This document shows positions 33,645 to 47,184 of a stretch of 64,000 nt of DNA, one piece after another. The position numbers and the translations under genes are program-made. The notes under the pieces were generated by a model. That model was not told the DNA's origin and did not search any database. It saw nothing but the letters and a program-made list of their open reading frames with translations. Position 1 is the first letter of the stretch; each line of letters opens with the position of its first letter. Source of the DNA: Paraphysomonas bandaiensis (lineage: Eukaryota > Protista > Chrysophyceae); contig CBFFRP010000025.1 of NCBI GenBank assembly GCA_965644295.1, positions 62,001 to 126,000 of the forward strand, given 5' to 3'.

Positions 33645-36124
33645 ATGATACGAATGATTTTAAGATCCAAATCTGTGTTTCAGTTTCCTTTTAGATGTTT
33701 ACAAACATCAGTGCATGGGAATGTATTGGATGGTAGTGTCCCATCCAGTCCAGAGTTCCTTGCCAACCAAAAGAATATGGATCAGCTTGTTTCAGCTCAT
33801 CGTCAAATGGCACAGAAGCTTTCTGAAGGTGGGGGAATACGAGCACAAGAGAAGTTGAAAGCTAGAAATAAACTACCTGTCAGAGAGCGTGTTCAGTCCC
33901 TCCTGGATTCAGGATCGCCTTTCTTGGAGCTCGGCATGTTTGCCGGGCTAGATATGTAAGTTTCTATCTATTTCGTTGATTTGCTTATGATAGTAATGCA
34001 TATGATGTGTCAGGTATGATGACTATGTTCCTTGTGGAGGAATAATTACAGGGATTGGATCAATTCATGGGTAGGTATTCTTTCATTATATTCCATCGCC
34101 AACTCTAAATGTGTTTTTACTATACTTAGAATTCAGTGCATGATAATTGCTAGTGACCCTACTGTTAAAGGTGGAACATTTTATCCCATAACCTTCAAAA
34201 AGAATCTGAGAGCTCAAGAGATAGCCATGCAGAGTAGACTCCCCTGTGTCTATCTCGTCGATTCCGGCGGAGCATATCTTCCTCTTCAGGTAAGGAGCTA
34301 TTATCGTTATAGATAGAGCCAATGTTAATGGAACTGGTGGTTATTTAAGCTGCCCTGTTTTTACTGCACTAAACGCTTTGTTTTTGCCATTGTAACGGAG
34401 ATATTATAGTCCGAGGTGTTTGCGGACCGGGATCATGGCGGGCGTGGGTTTTATAATCAAGCAGTCATGTCAAGCATGGGTATTCCACAGGTTAGCGTCG
34501 TAATGGGATCATGTACTGCCGGCGGAGCCTACGTACCTGCAATGTCTGAAGAGAATGTAATTGTAAAAGGTTTTGAATCCCATCAGCACTATTTGTTTCA
34601 TTAGCTCACTAAGAAATTAATAGGAAACGGCACTATATTTCTTGGTGGACCTCCTCTTGTGAAAGCAGCTACCGGAGAGATAGTCAATGCCGAGGAACTT
34701 GGCGGTGCAGATGTTCATTGCAAGTATGGTTCATACAGCTGTCATGTAACTGCTTGTGAATTTCAGTCGGTGTATGTTTTTGTAATGTGTAGCGTTTAAT
34801 GTTTATATCCAGTAGAAAATTATGTTCTATTTTTCATGATTACATTGATACGTTGGAACTTATTCATATCTGTTCTGCATATGAATAATACTTGGATGTG
34901 ATAATCGTTATTCTGAATCAGGATATCAGGAGTATGTGACCATTATGCAGTTGATGATAGACATGGTACTCAGATTGCGAGGAATATAATTGGAAATATT
35001 AACTTTAGAACGCGATCCTTGCCGGTATGTACATGTAGTATGTATATCACGGCACAAACGGGATATTAGTAACGTTTTTGTCTGTGGTCGTTAATATTTT
35101 AGATGGATGGATTTGAAGAACCCCTCTATCCCTCTTCCGATATCGGCGGTATCATTCCATCTGACCCAAAAAAACCGTTTGATATGCGCAAGGTATTTTG
35201 CAAGTAAAATATGCTACTGTTCTTTTCTACTCTACAAGTATAATGGTCGCTGCTACGATTACTGTGTTCCATTGTAGATAATTGCTCGTCTCGTTGATGG
35301 AAGTAAACTGCATGAGTTCAAGGCGGACTATGGAAAAACAATAATTACAGGATTCAGTAAACTTTATGGAATGGAGATAGGAATTGTCGCTAACAATGGT
35401 ATTCTTTTTTCAGACTCTGCACTTAAGGTGATACGTTTTGAAATGGTAATGGACTGTAATATTTCTTTAGGCTGCACATTTCATTGAGCTATGCTGTCAA
35501 AGGAATATTCCTTTGCTGTTTTTGCAGAATATCAACGGGTTTATGGTGGGAAAATCGTACGAAAATGATGGAATTGCAAAGAATGGTGCGAAGATGGTTA
35601 CAGCTGTTGCTTGTGCTAAGGTTCCTAAGATAACTGTCATTGTTGGGGCGTCTTATGGAGCTGGAAACTACGGCATGTGTGGGAGGGCTTTTTCACCGAA
35701 TTTTTTGTTTACATGGCCTAATTCCCGTACTGCAGTTATGGGAGGCGATCAAGCCGCTAACGTATTAGCAACTGTTCAGAAAGAAAACATGGCTGCCCGG
35801 GGAGAAGCGCCATGGACACTTGAGGAAGAGCAAAAATTTAAGGTAATCATTGCAGGAACGATGGGTACAATATTAGCTAATTAGCATCTTTGTGATGTAC
35901 TCAGCAACCTATATTAGACAAGTATGAAAAAGAGAGTAATTGTTATTACGCTTCCGCCCGCTTGTGGGACGATGGCGTTATTGAACCAGAACAAACGAGA
36001 GAGGTATCAAATCCCTTTTGAGTATGTGTTTCTAATATTGATCTAGATACTCGGGCTGTCTTTTGTTGCTGCTACGGGAAGTATGGAATCGGAAAGTACT
36101 AATTTTGGCGTATTTCGAATGTAG
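33645..36124 (+). CDS. MCCC2: methylcrotonoyl-CoA carboxylase beta chain, mitochondrial
   Basis: [86 protein letters not shown] and C-terminal FGVFRM*. N-terminus is presequence-like. Confidence 0.95.
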
Positions 36125-36464
36125 AGAGGGGATCTTTTGTTTGATGACTGAAGATTTCTTTCCCTTTGTATGTTCATATCGACAATCTTTCACTCGTATG
36201 TCAAGTATATATATCATACGTTGTCAGTGGTCCTGTGTATGTTTGCTGCAACAATAACAGCTGTTATCGGTGTAAGTCTGCCAGTGGCTGTCATTAACCA
36301 ACCACTTTGGGATATATAACACATTCTTAATAGCACATTTTATCATATATATAAATATCACCTCGCGAATATCTTATTGTTAGCAACAACTAATCGCAAT
36401 TTTCTACGAATTTCCCCTCTGATCTATCTTCGGTATCGCCGTCATCATCATATATTATATCGTA

Positions 36465-36918
36465 TATTGAAAGTCTTATTATTAGCAATAACTCCAACTT
36501 AGTAGCTAGATGAATGCCAGACAAACTAGTTAGACCTCTACCCGTAACTAATCAGTACACACTCTATTATCCTACTATTTAACGCTACGAAAGCTGCTTG
36601 TGCGTCGCCGCAAGCACCAAGGTGCGACCACTTCCGCTCTGAGTTCTTAAGGTGAACATCCAGGGTGCTTGGCTTCAGCAGGCAGCCCAATACCCCGGTT
36701 ACCCTTCAGGTGGGTCCTGTCCCGGATGCCTGTTTATTCGTCAGGACCCAAAGACGTCTACACAAGTGACACTTATTGGTGTCCCTTGTACCATACAAGC
36801 ATTCGGCTATGAATGGGCAGAAGAATATCTGCTGACTATGTTCGCGGCTCATGAGAATCTCTCCGGTACTTATCCCCCATAACACTACGAAAAGGTGCAA
36901 GTCCGACTTTGTTGAGGG
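36465..36918 (-). mobile_element. CCCTCAAC element copy G (both ends intact, short variant) with perfect 14-bp TSD
   Basis: TATATTATATCGTA at 36451-36464 and 36919-36932 exactly brackets tattgaaagtc...tttgttgaggg. Confidence 0.95.
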
Positions 36919-37359
36919 TATATTATATCGTACTCACCACCCATTGCAAAAATATAGACAGTGATTATGTATTCCAGCTCAATGTATAAGTGCTACCTTC
37001 CAGACAGTATTATAAAATAAGTTTTCGAATTGATGGAACAGTATACCAATATATATTGCCATATTTACACAATACTATCAATCTTCGACAATAAAAGATG
37101 ATGCAACCGTCATTAACTAAGCGTTTGACTCACTCAAAACTCAATCAGTAAAATTATAAACACTTCTCTCATCATTCATCATTCATCATTCATTGATATT
37201 CGCTACCGTTATATCCTCTCCACTATCCACTACCCTAGATAGATTGATATTACACAGTTAAATTATTACAGTTTCTAAAACATAATTTCTATCATATCTT
37301 TAATTTTTAATTCATGTACTATTGTTAACTACTACTTACACATTTATTGATATTCCGAG

Positions 37360-37420
37360 AATGGTCGCAACTTGGTGCTCGCGATAACGCACAAGCAGTT
37401 CTCGTAGCTTAAATAATAGT
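37360..37420 (+). mobile_element. old fragment of the CCCTCAAC element 3' region
   Basis: atggtcgcaacttggtgctcgcgataacgcacaagcagttctcgtagcttaaata. Confidence 0.6.
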
Positions 37421-38020
37421 GTTGAGTTCTGCAGTAAGATGTGCAATAAAGGTGATATCAACTCATAGATGTAACGGGTGATTAGTTACAAAGAAATTAA
37501 ATCAGTCACTGATGCGTGACTATATACGATTATTGAGGAGTGACTGGTTAACATATGATAAACAGATGTTGCTGAGAACAGATGTTGCATGAATATGTAA
37601 TGAAATCTTTAGAATTTTTATAATAGCTATCATAAAAACTAGTTAAAAAATGGTGTATACTTATCTAGCTATTAGACTAGTTTGTTCATTTATCTACCAA
37701 TCTGGTTCTGACCCTTGAATGCCATTGCTAATTAACATACATTCTCTTTATTTAGCACTCCTGTAACTTTTAAATTAACGTTCATAAATCGAGTACCTTT
37801 CCTTTAATGGGAAATACAGACGATACTAACTGTACTAGATGAAGGGCGTAACGAGGGTTACGCCAGCATGTTTGATATCTCAATATCTGCTTTTCAATTA
37901 ATATATATATATCAAGTCCATAGAAAAAATTACCTAATACGTACTGAAATAAAATAAATAAACATAACTATGTTAACGATGGTGGTGAATTGAGAATGCT
38001 ACGGTAATAATACCCACTCT

Positions 38021-39011
38021 TCAAGAATCTTGAGAGGAATGTAGAGCTGCCCTCCCACTAGCAGTATTGACAAGAGTAAATGGTACCACCCCTTTAGACT
38101 CACCACGTTTAAGTTTTAAGAACCTTGTTTTGCCGTCGTCAAAAGAGACTTGGAATCTTGTAGAGCGGAATTTCTTTCTGAGACATCCCAAGACAACTCC
38201 TGAACCGTAGCGGGGCACTACAATACGCCACCCAGTTAGCACGTGTGGATCCGAAAAAGACTGTGTCAAAATGCTTTCAGCTGCCACATGTGAAGAGTGT
38301 TCGCGTGAAAAGGTTCGGCTTGATGAACTTTCAGTAGTTATACCACTGTTGGGACAATATTACTCACAAATAGTGTTCAATATGTTATATCAATATATAA
38401 GCTCTACAAATGATATGGCAATATACCTGTAGGAACTTGATGAATCAAAATCAAAATCTGTGATCACGGAGGCTGTATGGTTGAAACTGCTCCCAGAGAG
38501 GACGGAAAGCGGGGAGCCGCTATTGCACGCTTTGATAGTCGCCTCATTCGAAAGCTTATTTCGATACGCTGATTGTTTGGACGGGATCCTAGTGCTGACA
38601 CCAGTCATAGCTGACGAATCGAGTATATGTTGTGCCTATTGATAATGCATGACTCATAAGGGAGTTGAAAAGAAATCAGGAAAGTTTCACCTTCACAGCT
38701 GCGAAGTTGCAAATACGTGTCTGACCGGCGGAAGACTTAGCCATCCTCATAACTTCACTCTTCGACACTAATTTACACTTATTAGAACTATAATCATGTC
38801 TGATGTCCACACTATTAGTGCTATCAGCTCCACGCCACGTCGTATACACAGCAATGCACACAAGAAGAAAGAGCAAAGCTGTGCCCCAAGCCACTCCAGT
38901 CTGTAAGCTCTCACCCGAGTGAGCATCCCGTAATATCAAGAACTGATAGTTTATATTTTCTATGGTTGGATTCTGAATGACTTGAGTGAGAAAACTAACA
39001 CAGTCCTCCAT
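38021..39011 (-). CDS. hypothetical single-pass membrane protein with a small C-terminal SH3/KOW-like beta domain, about 3 exons
   Basis: TM GVAWGTALLFLLVCIAVY, Ser-rich linker, C-terminus LTGWRIVVPRYGSGVVLG..FQVSFDDGKTRFLKLKR. Start uncertain (39011 or 39053). Confidence 0.6.
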
Positions 39012-39543
39012 AGCTCTGTGCAAAGATACAGACACTGAACTGAACCCACTCATAGTGCTGTATGAGTGAACATATGAGGGGGGTGGATTCAGTGGTGTTT
39101 CAACACACTTACAGGGAGATTCTGGATGTGGACTTGTGCATGGGTTGATTGTGTATAAGTGTGAGCAGATCATCTCGCGAAAGTTAGGCGTGTATGGTAT
39201 ACGCCATATGATACTTTCTTGTTGTTGAAACAAGAGATTTGATTGGATAGACTGCTAGAAGAAGTCACCGTGACACATATGATTATACTGACCGGACCGG
39301 ACCGGACCGTGTTCCGGTAGATATCCCGTATACACATACACGGGAGAAAAACATCCGGTTCCTCCGAACCAATCATCTCCTGCATCTGTACTTTTATTGG
39401 ATACTCTCTGATGGAGTGGACCGACAAAAACACAGACGGTTAATGCCGCATAGCATGCATGTACATATATATGCATATGCATATCAGCCCTGCTTTGAAG
39501 GTGCACGTAAATTATTTACAAGGTCTTATTAAACCTGGTTAGA

Positions 39544-41196
39544 ATGAAGAGATTGGGCTCTCCAGGTCGATACAGAACTCTACCGGAGACTGTATACCAT
39601 TTCATCGTTAGTAGGAAGCTCTGCATCGGAGTTACAGAGAAGGTTACATTGAAACGTGGAAAGGAGAAGTACTGCATTCAAGGGAATCCGTAAGTTGGGT
39701 ACACAAAATTCATTGGGTTTTAAAGGATTAGTAGGCTGGTATATGATGGAGCTATAAACCACTGCACCTCAAGCATCAAAGACGGCGACGACTGTTATGT
39801 TACTGATATCACTGGAAAGGTGATTGCACGTGGAATATATAACTCAAATTCACTGTATCGAGTCCGCACGTTAGCTCGAAGTTTTGAAGGGGAGATTCAT
39901 AACCTTCCAATCAATGAGGTGATCGAGTCTCGCATTAGAGATGCGGTGGAGCTGAGACACCTCCTCCATCTTCCTGGAGAGCAAAACACAGCTTACCGCC
40001 TCGTTAACGGAGAGGGTGATGGGCTTAGTGGACTTGTAGTGGATGTATTTCACGATGTGGTAGTCGTGCAGAGCTCAGCGTTGTGGGTGGAGAAACATAG
40101 GAAGGCGATTGAGAAAGCCCTGACAAGAGCAGTTCGCTTGCCAGAGAGCAGCTTGTCCCCATTTGTTCGAGTTGTTTGGACGCGTATGCATACGCGCCTA
40201 GCTTCTGATGGATGGGTAGCGCAGGATGTGAAAGAGAATGGCCCGGTAGAAGACTTTGGGACAAGCGCAGTGACTATCGTGGAAGAAGGAATTCGATACA
40301 GAGTCTGTCCTGGCGGAGGTCAAAAGACTGGATTTTACTGTGACCAAAGAGACAATCGGACTATTATTAAAAAGTTGAGTGCCGGAAAGCATGTATTAGA
40401 TCTTTATGCTTCTTCTGGAGGTTTCAGTCTCAATGCTATTGCAGGCGGGGCCAAGAGGTGGGTCTCTTGAACTAACTCTACATCTATACAATTACTGACG
40501 GTGAATATACAATTTAAAATTCAGTGTGATAGCTGTTGACTCCTCTGCGGATGCTCTTAATGACATGGCTCACAACCTGAGTTTAAATGCGTTTCCTGAC
40601 CTCATCATTACCTCTGAAGGATTAGGACGCCCTTTAGAATCACCCCCCCGTATTTCAACCGGGCCCATGGTGAATCTCGTGCGGGCAGACGTTGAAAAGT
40701 ACCTACAGTCACAAACTCGCCAGTTTGACGTGGTTATATGTGATCCACCCAAATTTGCAGTTTCTCGACAGTCACTCCTAAAAGCTCGCGAAAAGTGCGT
40801 TGTGTGTACAGATAGTATTGTATCCGCCCCTTTCATATAGTGGAGCAAAGTATATATGGACTGTATGGAGTAATATTTGTGGTTTTACTTCAATAATGTA
40901 GAATTACCTCGAATATTTTGTATGGAGAGTTGTATAACCTATATTTCAGGTATATCAAGGTGAATAGCCTAGTTATTGGCGCTGTCCGACCTGGAGGACT
41001 TCTATTGACCTGTACCTGTAGTACTCTCGTCAGCTCTGATGCTGGTCGGTTTTCCACGTTACTGAAAGAAGCTGCACTGAGAGCTCAACGGAATGTAACA
41101 GTTGTCAGCGAACACTCTGCTGGGGGTGATCATCCTTTGCATGTGGCATATCCGGAGGGTAAACATCTGACAGTGCTGCTAGTTCGAGTAAGTTAG
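39544..41196 (+). CDS. RlmI-like PUA-domain SAM-dependent rRNA (m5C) methyltransferase
   Basis: GNPLVYDGAI (spliced), AYRLVNGEGDGLSGLVVD, GQKTGFYCDQRDNR, VLDLYASSGGFSL, FDVVICDPPKFA and GGLLLTCTCS..DHP..YPEG. Start approximate. Confidence 0.9.
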
Positions 41197-41396
41197 TTTG
41201 CTATTCGCCAGTTATAGAATTGTTAGAGGATGTTAAGTTGACGGAGTTCGCTTCGCTATTTAACATATTATGGCCAGAAGTTATTGTGTTAAGACTTTTG
41301 ATACCATCTGGCACCTCACATTCTTTCTCTTGTACATACCACCAATTATGCTAAACACAGTTTAACCCAGGCTTCCAGGAGCAAGGGGGTTAAGGC

Positions 41397-41518
41397 CAGG
41401 GCCTGGTAACCGTTAATGGCCCATTAATGGTAGTCTAGTTCCCGGCAATTATAATGCCATTAATGAAAAATGTCCCGGCAATTATAATGGCATTACCATT
41501 AACGGTTACCAGACCCTA
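41397..41518. mobile_element. hAT-type MITE family 2 with perfect 8-bp TSD
   Basis: TIR cagggcctggtaaccgttaatgg / ccattaacggttaccagaccct(a). GTTAAGGC duplicated at 41389-41396 and 41519-41526. Confidence 0.92.
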
Positions 41519-42154
41519 GTTAAGGCTTGTATATTGATTTCGGTTATTTATATATGTCTAGTGCTCTAGTGATATATAATGAATAATAAATTTTAGAAAT
41601 AATATCCGGTAGTAGTAACCATACGGTTTAAATATCACAGTGATAATTACACTTTCGTTAGAGTATGTGCTGTTGTACATTGCTGTCAACGATTTCATTG
41701 AGTAACAGGTGTATCCACATTCGTCTTTGAGTGATTTATAGCGAGAATATATAAGATGAGCATTGGAGATTGTAGTATCATATTTTGATCGAAACTACTG
41801 CTGCTGTGGGTAATGAAGAGTAGCTCATGGACACATCATTGAAGTCACCTTTTTCCATGTACATACTTCTAGCTTTCCATATGGTGCTTCTTGCTTGCTT
41901 CCAGATACCAGATATTACACTGTGAAAGGTTTTACAATGATATACATCATATATATGCCATGTGAAATTATCATTTATTATATGTCACTTAAAGGATACG
42001 AAATTATGTCATGGTCAGGTACTACACACTGTTAGCACAAGCAACATACAGAAATATCTTGAACATGTGAAACTAGCGCCATCCTTGTCATAAAAACTAT
42101 GGAACATAACGTCCGATAGAAATGATGGAAATATCGAGACCTGATTGAGTACAA

Positions 42155-43625
42155 TTACGCATCCCAGTCCAATCTAATTGGTCTACAAAATAATAATATA
42201 TTAGACATATCACAACAAAAAATTTACACACAAACCTTCCCAAAAGATTATTTCCATTGAGAGTAATAGCTAGATCAGCTTCTTCAGTGCTCCCAAACTC
42301 CACAAATGCACACCCCTGTGTGAGTAACGCGTCAAAATACCGAGTAATTTCATTCCATCATCTTACCCTAAATTCTCCTGTTTCTTTGCGGGTTAGCCAG
42401 CGCAGTCCTGTCAACTGTCCACACTCTTTGAAAAAGTTGCAAATAGTGTCATCATCTATTTCATAAGCTAGGTTACCACAGAATAATTTTCGGCATCCTG
42501 GAGGTTTGGGCCTGATATCCTTCGTCGCACGAGGTGCAGATGTACCACCGGGCATACCCCGCCCAGAGGAAACTGGAGGCCAAATATCACCAGGTCGCGG
42601 TGGACAGTAATATATTTTCATTGGTCTGAACAAGATTGGAAAGAGAGCATGAGCGTAAGAAAATTAACATTACGACGACAGCGGGTAATATCCACAGAAA
42701 TTAAATAAATATGAGAAATAACTTCAACCTGCCAAGAAGTTTAGTTTTGTCTAACATTACAGCTGCTGCTGCTGCCCTGGGGTCCCTCATTTCAATGAAC
42801 GTCGAACCATAGAATTCCCTCGTCACCTTGTCTGTCATCCATTTAATATGGGTGATTCCTTCTATTGCGTTATGGAGCTGCTCCTCTGTAATATCTTTCT
42901 TCAAGTTGCCACAGAAAAGTCGGGTTATTCCATCCGGGTTGTGCGCCAGATAATCTTGGTCTAGTGTACCATCTTGCCATGCCTGAAAATGTGTTTCCTT
43001 GTCAGAACGCAATACCGGAAATATATCGTTGTCGTACCTGCTCACCGTATTTCCATAGCTCTTTTCGAGCAACATCTCCCTCGACTTTTTCGAGAACACG
43101 GGGAGGATGTGCGAATTGCTTCCGCTCGCCAACACGTGTCACGATTCCATTCTCTAACTTAGCATATTCATTATTACATACAAATTCCAGTGCATCCGCA
43201 AATTCTTGTTTCATCGAGTCATCATCTGCACTTCCACCACACTTTTCTAAAACAGATTTGCGAAACTTTTTCAGTCTAATTCCATCGTCAGTGATATCAT
43301 TCAATGCTTGAAGGATGGTAGATTGCATTGGAGTGTAGCTGTTATCAGCATCTCCTTCAACACCATCCCCTTTGCTCTTCTTTTGTTTAGTGTCGCTATC
43401 AGATTCATTCTTTCTTTTCTTATCACCAAAACTTTTTATTTTTGTAACAATTCCACTATCTTCACTGACATGTCCACTCTCACAATATTTTCCAAGTAAC
43501 TCTGCAAATTGTTCCTTTATAGTTTTCTCTGATCCAAATTGATCCAATATGGGCTGTCGAAACTTTTTTAATCGCATACCATTTGCTGGTAATTTATTTA
43601 CTGAATCAATAAAAGCGGCCTCCAT
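42155..43625 (-). CDS. RNA-binding protein with two RRMs and a duplicated N-terminal basic domain (nucleolar-type)
   Basis: RRM1 RLFCGNL..FYGSTFIEM; RRM2 KLFCGNLAYE..FRGCAFVEF..RPIRLDW. N-terminal repeats of G(M/I)RLKKFR. Confidence 0.85.
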
Positions 43626-44211
43626 GTTAGGCTATGTGAATAATGATTGTATTAGTATGATTGTGTTACTAGCTGGATGGTCTCGAGTATATAGAGGGAT
43701 GTACACAGCATGCATATGTACATGGAGATGATGATGTTGGCCATTGATTCTGAGGAGGAACTTCTATATCCAATAGATTTCTCTGAAATCAAGTTGATTG
43801 GAATATGATGATACTCCAATCAAAAGTTAGCGACATAAAAAATGATCGTTAGTTTTACCATAATCTGATCGGATACAGCAGTGTACAGTATACCATATCA
43901 GTACGTGTATAGTGTATACCAGTACGTGTATATGTATAGCAGTATCAGTATAGTGTAGGTATATGTACGTATAGGTATACTGCTCTGTAGTGCTAGAAGT
44001 AGCATGACATACACATACATATCAGGAATAACAACCATATGAGCTCATGAGGCCTTCAACGATACAACTGAGGCGACAATGATGATATCATCCGCTTGAT
44101 GCGTATGTCATGTACTGAATTCAACCATTCCTTTTTGATTTCGCTCAGTCACGTGGCTGTATAAGACCAACACGACATCATAGAGACAATTAGCTCTGGA
44201 TATTCATACAC

Positions 44212-46191
44212 ATGAATAGCTTACAATTCTCACATAGTCCACCTGATGGTAGGAGAACTATCTCTCTCAGCTTACAAGATTTACGAACAGATGGTGAAAA
44301 TATTAATACATCAAACAGACAGCAGACTGTAACGAGCAGTAAAGATCTCATGGATTCATACTCAAGTTTAAATGAGAGTTTAACAGAAATTTCACAACAA
44401 GAGTCTTATTATCGTGAGAATTTTTATCTGTTATTACAGAAATCTCATGGAACGAAATACGAACATGCTCTACGTCGGTTATATGAGTCGGATCTGGAGA
44501 ATGACTCTAATCTGGCCACCTATGTTCAAGAACAATCTCATGCCCAGACTACACAATCAAACGACTCAGTCGCTCTTTCTCGTTCAAGATCTTTTGCGGA
44601 GCAATCTAGAATCGATTCTAACCTTGCGAAGCCATTGGAACGGAGAATATGGAAGGTAAGAAGTAAGTACCGAGGTTGTTGTAGTCATTGTGTGTGGTAT
44701 CAAGGGTTCGCCTTCGAAACATGCAGTCACGACAAACGGAAGAGGAAGGCAAAGGCCACCTCCAAAAAACGACTGTAAGTTAGATCTAGCTGAGGACTGG
44801 AACACATCGAGAGTGCAACATAAAGTATCGACGAAAGATTTCAAAAAGTGGTTAGCTTTCAACAATAATTGGAAGGCTTACCAAAAAGAAAAGGTGTTGA
44901 TAGATACTATAACATATATGATGGTATCATGCCTATATTTCTAAAATAACTTATTGTGCATATATTCTTTCAGATTAAAGCACTTGAAAAGGCCGCTGAT
45001 GCGAAAATTCAAGCTGAACTAACAACTCCAAAGTATGGTGATATCGTCTTAAACTATTATGTAATGGTTTTGCGTTAGACTGAACACCAGAAGTGTTAAA
45101 TTAGCGGACATTGCCAGGAGGAAATATGAAAGTAGTTTTGAAGAAAATTCTGTTGACAGCTCAGCGACTACCTCGGTGCATGGCGCAGAGGAGGAACATG
45201 TGCAATTAGCTGAAAAGAGAAGAGGGCGGAGTCGAAGCATGACACCTCGTCGTTCCGTATCATCCTCACCTAGAGGTAGAGATCAAGTTTTCGACCGATT
45301 ATACCGTGATTATAACCGATATGATCATAAGCAACTGAAATGGGTAGCTCCTGATCTTCCGGTAACCCATCACCTAGAAATACGCATTCTATGTATGACG
45401 TGACTCTCATTTACAGTTTAGTTTCTCTCCTCAAATCTGCAAGAAATCAAAAGAGCTTATTGCGAAGAGAAAGGAATATGTTTCCATGGCCATGGGTAGT
45501 CGGTTCTCATCACCAGTTTCTAGGACTCGATCTCTTAGTCCTGCGGCTCGTCAGGAACACGCGGAAAAGCTTCACAGAGATCGTATGCAGGCTTCGAAAT
45601 ATACAACAGGCCACTCCAGAGGTGGTAAAGTATATCCCACGCCGTCACGTGATCAGTCTCCGACAAGAGTGCAGGATTTGCTATCAGAAACACGTAGCAG
45701 AAGCAGGCAACGAGCAGAACAGATAAACATGGAGCGTACGGCCACTTCAAGTGCTTTAATTCAAACACTCCCAAGTGGAGAAAAGTAACTCACTCACATA
45801 TTCAAATTATCTCCCTCACATTTTATTTTAGAATGTTTCAGCCAAAGCTTACGAATAGAGAGACAAAGAAGATAATGGAACGAAATAACGAGTCTTTTGA
45901 GGATCGGTGAGTGAATGCGACGTTGTGTTCTATAGTTTCATACGGATTTCTTGCAGAATGTGGAAATCTATTGACAATTATGTCGTTAAACAACGGTTGC
46001 ATAAAGAGGGAGTTCCCTCTCCCGCACCAGGACAGTATAACAATGTTCTACGAAGCAATCAGTATACCCCTTTAAGAACTGCTCTGTCGCCGTCATACAG
46101 GAAACACGCACCCAGCCCCGGTAGAGGCGGTTTTTCATTTGGTAAGCAACCTCGCGGAATTATATCTTCCCCTAGGAATAGCTTATTGTGA
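44212..46191 (+). CDS. hypothetical R/S-rich low-complexity protein, multi-exon, with FQPKL and PAPGQY motifs (possibly ciliary/cytoskeletal)
   Basis: Chain of open frames with GT-AG junctions: VFDRLY, FSPQI, MFQPKLT and PSPAPGQY (STPGR/SHIPPO-like). Confidence 0.6.
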
Positions 46192-46257
46192 AATGTGGTA
46201 ATATTTAAGAGGACTACTTTGATTATAATGGCATATGTTTACAACGTGACTAGTATA

Positions 46258-46335
46258 CAGGCTTGAGTAACAATTAATTGAATTGCAAGTTAAATTAATT
46301 GGTTTAAAAAAATGATAATTGCAATTTATTAGCTG
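46258..46335. mobile_element. hAT MITE family 1-related left end (matching right end at ~47386-47408)
   Basis: caggcttgagtaacaattaattg vs caattaattgttacccaagcct. Confidence 0.6.
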
Positions 46336-46445
46336 GCATAGTTTTATAGCAATAGCATAATATATAGCTGTATAGCTATATCTGATAGTCGCCTTCAATT
46401 CTATTGCTGTATTTTAGAAAAACTTTCTGAACTATTATCTCATCC

Positions 46446-46870
46446 CAATAGGCGTCTAAGAGTCTGAACTAGTGTAGCGAAACAATTTAACTAACAATTT
46501 ACTATTTAGCGTTACGAAAGCTGCTTGTGCGTCACCGCAAGCACCAAGAGGTGCAACCACTTTCGCTCTCTCTGGCCTTCAGGCGAACTAGCCCGAATGC
46601 TTGAATTCAGCAGGCAGTCCACTACCCCTGATGCCCTTGAGGTGGGCCTATTCCCGAATCCTGTTTATTCGTCAAGGCCTAAAGGCATCTACACAAGCGA
46701 CACTTATATTTGTGTATCTGTTTGTGTGCTACACAAGCATTTGGCTATGAGTGGACACAATACTATCTGCTGACTATATATGCGGCTCAAGTTTGTTTCC
46801 CGGATAAATATCTCCTGTACTCTTATCCCCCAGAACACCACGAAAAGTGCGAGACTGACTTTGTTGAGGG
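46446..46870 (-). mobile_element. CCCTCAAC element copy H (diverged)
   Basis: caataggcg...gttacgaaagctgcttgtgcgtcaccgcaagcacc...cagaacaccacgaaaagtgcgagactgactttgttgaggg. Confidence 0.85.
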
Positions 46871-47049
46871 GAAGATAAAGCGAACAATTGGGAAGATGGC
46901 ATCCGTAGTGAATGTCTGATTATTAGCAATATGAAGTGAGTACGAGTCAGAAAACTAATGTAGCAAAACAGTATAACTACCTACTGCTTCACTCTGTTAT
47001 CCTACAATTTAGCGCTACGAAAACTGCTTGTGCGTCGCCGCAAGCACCA

Positions 47050-47184
47050 TATTGAAAGTCTTTTATTTAGCAATAGGCGTTAAAACCCTGCAACGATTTA
47101 GTAGCGAATCGTTTCCCAGGGAATCTCTCCGGTAGTTATCTCCCAGAACACCACGAAAGGGTGCGAGTCCGACTTTGTTGAGGG
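47050..47184 (-). mobile_element. 135-bp mini-element (5' end plus 3' end only) nested in an older copy, 12-bp TSD
   Basis: CCGCAAGCACCA at 47038-47049 and 47187-47198. Host fragment 46990-47049 belongs to the same family. Confidence 0.85.
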
